Assembly (NCBI GenBank): GCA_023248155.1
Contig: JAHFFE010000009.1
Location: forward strand, 1 to 48,053
DNA from: Candidatus Omnitrophota bacterium
GTDB lineage: Bacteria; Omnitrophota; Gorgyraeia; 1-14-0-20-64-10
Direction: 5' to 3'
DNA: 48,053 bases
In this document: positions 45,276 through 48,053 of the stretch, one piece after another
How positions within the stretch are numbered: position 1 is the stretch's first letter
How the letters are laid out: each line of letters begins with the position of its first letter
Notes under the pieces: model-generated
Seen by the model: only the letters and a program-made list of their open reading frames with translations
Database searches by the model: none
Told to the model about the DNA's origin: nothing
Made by a program: the position numbers and the translations under genes

Positions 45276-46762
45276 TAGGCCCTCTGCGTCCGCGCCGCCG
45301 ATAAAATTTCGCGCGCCACCTGCCGGTCATCAAACGGAACGGTAACCGACGCGAAAATCTGACCGCTCTCGTGCCCCTTGCCGGCAATCAAAACCAATGA
45401 TCGCTCGTCGGCTGAATCGATCGCTTTTTGAATCGCTCCGCGGCGATCCAAAATAATCCGGCAGGGCGTTGCCAAACCGCGCGCCCCTTCGGCCACCTCG
45501 CGCGCGATCTGTTCCGGTTCTTCGCGGCGCGGATTGTCGGAGGTAATGATGACCTCGTCGGATAATTCCGCGGCGGCCCGCCCCATGCGCGGCCGTTTCG
45601 TTTTATCGCGATTCCCGCCGCAGCCGAAAACGGTGATGATCCGGTATTTCCCGATCGCGCGCAGTTCTTCGAGCACGCGCCGCAGAGAACCTTCGGTATG
45701 CGCGTAGTCGACGAAAACCGGAAATGGCTGTCCCGCATTGACCCGCTCAAGACGTCCCGGCACTCCGGGAAACTTCAACGCACCCTGTGCCGAAGCTTCC
45801 AGCGGAACGCCCAAACTGAACAGAATCGCGGCGGCCGCCATCCAATTTTCCATGTTGTGGGAACCGATCAACGGAGTTTGAACAGAAACAATTCCCTGAG
45901 GCGTCTCCCATTCGCAGCGCGTTCCGGCCAGCGATGATTCAAACCGTTTTAAATGGAACAGGGCCGGCGCTTTCAACGCGTAGGTCCAGACAACGCCTGC
46001 GCCGGCAGCAGCCCGCACCGCCTGATCCGAAACCGGATCGTCGGCGTTAATGATGGCTGTGGCGGATTTCGTCAGCGATTGCATCAGCTTTAATTTCGCC
46101 TGCAGATAATTCTCAAGCGTGCCGTGATAATCGAGGTGTTCGCCGTCGAGATTCGTAAAAACACCGGCGTGCCATTCAACGCCCCGCACGCGATCCTGAT
46201 CGAGCGCGTGCGAAGAAACCTCCATCACGCAGGCCTGCACGCCGTTATCAACCATACGCGCCAGCAGCGCGGCCAGTTCGATCGCGCCGGGCGTCGTATT
46301 CTGCGATGGAAATTCTTCGCTGCGGATTTTATTGCAAATGGTGCCGATCAGTCCGGCGGGAACGCCCGCTGCTTCCAGTAAATAATGAGCCAGCCAGGTC
46401 ACCGTTGTTTTGCCCTTAGTGCCGGTCACCCCGGCCACTTTTAAACGGCGCGATGGAAATTCGTAATAGGCCTGTGCCAGCGGACCCACTATCTGGCGCG
46501 TAGAAATGGTTTCGATACGAACCATGTCGGAAGGAACCTGTTCTCCCGGCTCAACGACCGCCGCGCAAGCGCCCTGCTGCGCCGCCTGCTTTAAATACCG
46601 GTGCCCATCCTGGCTGGTTCCGCGAACCGCTACAAACAGCGTGCCGGGACCCGCCGCGCGCGAATCATCGGTCAAATGGGTTATAACAGGATTGGGATTA
46701 TTTTCCGGAACTAAAATTCCAGCGGCGCGCAGCAACTCGTTCAAGCGCCAGGACCTATCCAT
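45275..46762 (-). CDS. murE: UDP-MurNAc-L-Ala-D-Glu--meso-DAP ligase
   Basis: GKTT, MEVSSH, DYAHT, FGCGG, DNPR (DAP specificity), AGKGHE. Start probably ATG 46762. Confidence 0.96.
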   Translation of the reverse strand: MDRSWRLNELLRAAGILVPENNPNPVITHLTDDSRAAGPGTLFVAVRGTSQDGHRYLKQAAQQGACAAVVEPGEQVPSDMVRIETISTRQIVGPLAQAYYEFPSRRLKVAGVTGTKGKTTVTWLAHYLLEAAGVPAGLIGTICNKIRSEEFPSQNTTPGAIELAALLARMVDNGVQACVMEVSSHALDQDRVRGVEWHAGVFTNLDGEHLDYHGTLENYLQAKLKLMQSLTKSATAIINADDPVSDQAVRAAAGAGVVWTYALKAPALFHLKRFESSLAGTRCEWETPQGIVSVQTPLIGSHNMENWMAAAAILFSLGVPLEASAQGALKFPGVPGRLERVNAGQPFPVFVDYAHTEGSLRRVLEELRAIGKYRIITVFGCGGNRDKTKRPRMGRAAAELSDEVIITSDNPRREEPEQIAREVAEGARGLATPCRIILDRRGAIQKAIDSADERSLVLIAGKGHESGQIFASVTVPFDDRQVAREILSAARTQRA

Positions 46763-48053
46763 GCTTCTGATCTCCCGAATCGGCCGGCGGAGCGATTTCA
46801 CCGCGGGTCAGATAAGGCATTGCGGCCGTCGCGACTTCTTTAAAAGCAGGCGCTGATACGATTCCGCCGTAATAGGGAAATCGCGGTTCATCCAACACCA
46901 CCACGATCGCCAGGCGCGGTTGTTCTACCGGAACAAATCCAACAAACGATGCGGTAAATTTTGAATGGGAATATTGTCCGGTAGCATCGACTTTCTGCGC
47001 GGTGCCTGTTTTTCCCCCGGCCCGGTAGCCGGGAACCGCCGCGTTTTTTCCGGTTCCCCGTTCCACCACGCCGGATAAAATCTGCTGCATCTGCGCGGCT
47101 ACCTGCTTTGAAATCACGCGCCGCACCGATTTTGGGCCAAACTGAGTGATGGTTACTCCCGAGGAATCCCTGATCTCACGAACCACCCACGGCCGGACCA
47201 GCGTGCCGCCGTTGGCGATCACGCAGATCATCTGCGCCATCTGCAAGCCGTTGACCGCCACTCCCTGTCCCATCGGAACGCTGGTGATTGCCACTTTGGA
47301 CCAATCTTTTAACGGACGGACAACTCCGGGAATCTCGCCGGGGATTTCAAACCCGGTCTTTTCGCCGAATCCGAACGCGCGAATTCCATTATAAAGAGGA
47401 CCGGCCCCGACTTTCATCGCCGCTTTTGCCACGCCGATGTTGCTGGAGTTCTCAATCACTTCACGAAATGTCAGCACGCCATATTTTTCATGGTCGTGCA
47501 GCACGCGGCCATAAATCGGGTATTCTCCGTTCTCGCAGTTAAATTGATCTTCGGCACGAACGATGCCTGTTCCCAGCGCGACGGAAGCCGTGACCACTTT
47601 AAATGCCGATCCCGGCTCAAAGGTGTCCGTCACCGCCCGGTTGCGCTGGCTGTCCGGCGTCGATTTTCCAAACTGATTGGGATCATACGTCGGCCGGTTC
47701 ACCATCGCCAGCACCTCACCGGTCATTGGGTTTAACACAATCATGAACGCGCCCTTGGCGCGGTATTTCTCATACATCCGGTCCAGCGCTTTTTCAGCCA
47801 TATACTGAATTTTTGTATCGATCGTCAGGATCAATTCAAGTCCGTCGCGCGGATCCGCCGAAGCCATTTCCCAAGCGCCCACCGCGCGGCTGCGCGCGTC
47901 GCGGGAGAGCCACCGCCAGCCCGGCTCTCCGCTTAAAATCCGGTTGTAAGCCAGCTCCAAACCGGCAAGCCCCTGCATGTCCATGCCGGCGAACCCGACC
48001 CGCTGACTTGCACTGGTTCCCTGCGGATAAAACCGGCGCGGTTCCATAATCAG
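46755..48053 (-). CDS. ftsI: Class B penicillin-binding protein FtsI (3' part; 5' end lies outside the window)
   Basis: EPGSAFK (SxxK), SSN (SxN), GKTGTAQK; directly upstream of murE. Confidence 0.93.
   Translation of the reverse strand: MIMEPRRFYPQGTSASQRVGFAGMDMQGLAGLELAYNRILSGEPGWRWLSRDARSRAVGAWEMASADPRDGLELILTIDTKIQYMAEKALDRMYEKYRAKGAFMIVLNPMTGEVLAMVNRPTYDPNQFGKSTPDSQRNRAVTDTFEPGSAFKVVTASVALGTGIVRAEDQFNCENGEYPIYGRVLHDHEKYGVLTFREVIENSSNIGVAKAAMKVGAGPLYNGIRAFGFGEKTGFEIPGEIPGVVRPLKDWSKVAITSVPMGQGVAVNGLQMAQMICVIANGGTLVRPWVVREIRDSSGVTITQFGPKSVRRVISKQVAAQMQQILSGVVERGTGKNAAVPGYRAGGKTGTAQKVDATGQYSHSKFTASFVGFVPVEQPRLAIVVVLDEPRFPYYGGIVSAPAFKEVATAAMPYLTRGEIAPPADSGDQKHG

Noticed and set aside
34116-48049. 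Many short alternative-frame and antisense ORFs in the dcw cluster
   Set aside because: Expected shadows of GC-rich coding sequence that is fully explained by the dcw genes

Overview
Bacterial chromosomal window, probably Candidatus Omnitrophota or a related PVC-group lineage (inferred from the giant secreted protein and gene style, not proven). From left to right: (1) a minus-strand block with a truncated secreted protein that the ORF track misses, a DUF59/SufT-like protein, a membrane protein and an acyl-CoA dehydrogenase. (2) A 3109-aa secreted giant protein with YD-like beta repeats and a C39-peptidase-like domain split by a YVTN beta-propeller, with Ser where the catalytic Cys is expected. 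A double-glycine-type site, a glycine-zipper hydrophobic region and a low-GC permuted-papain (YiiX-like) C-terminus follow. Downstream are TolB-like, TPR, four lipoprotein and one HExxH genes. (3) A BrnT/BrnA-type toxin-antitoxin pair bounded by an exact 16-bp direct repeat. (4) Five 7TM-sensor histidine kinases surrounding a low-GC stand-alone FabF-like ketosynthase plus ICMT-family methyltransferase cassette, with two single-domain receivers nearby; this is a candidate undescribed lipid-signal (pherotype-like) communication locus. (5) A dcw cluster (ftsI, murE, murF, mraY, murD, ftsW, murG, murC, murB, ddl, ftsQ, ftsA) ending in a motif-degenerate FtsA with no ftsZ after it. REP-like palindromes occur between genes and in-frame inside the giant gene. 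No rRNA, tRNA, CRISPR array or transposase was seen. All domain calls come from motif reading by eye; no searches were run.
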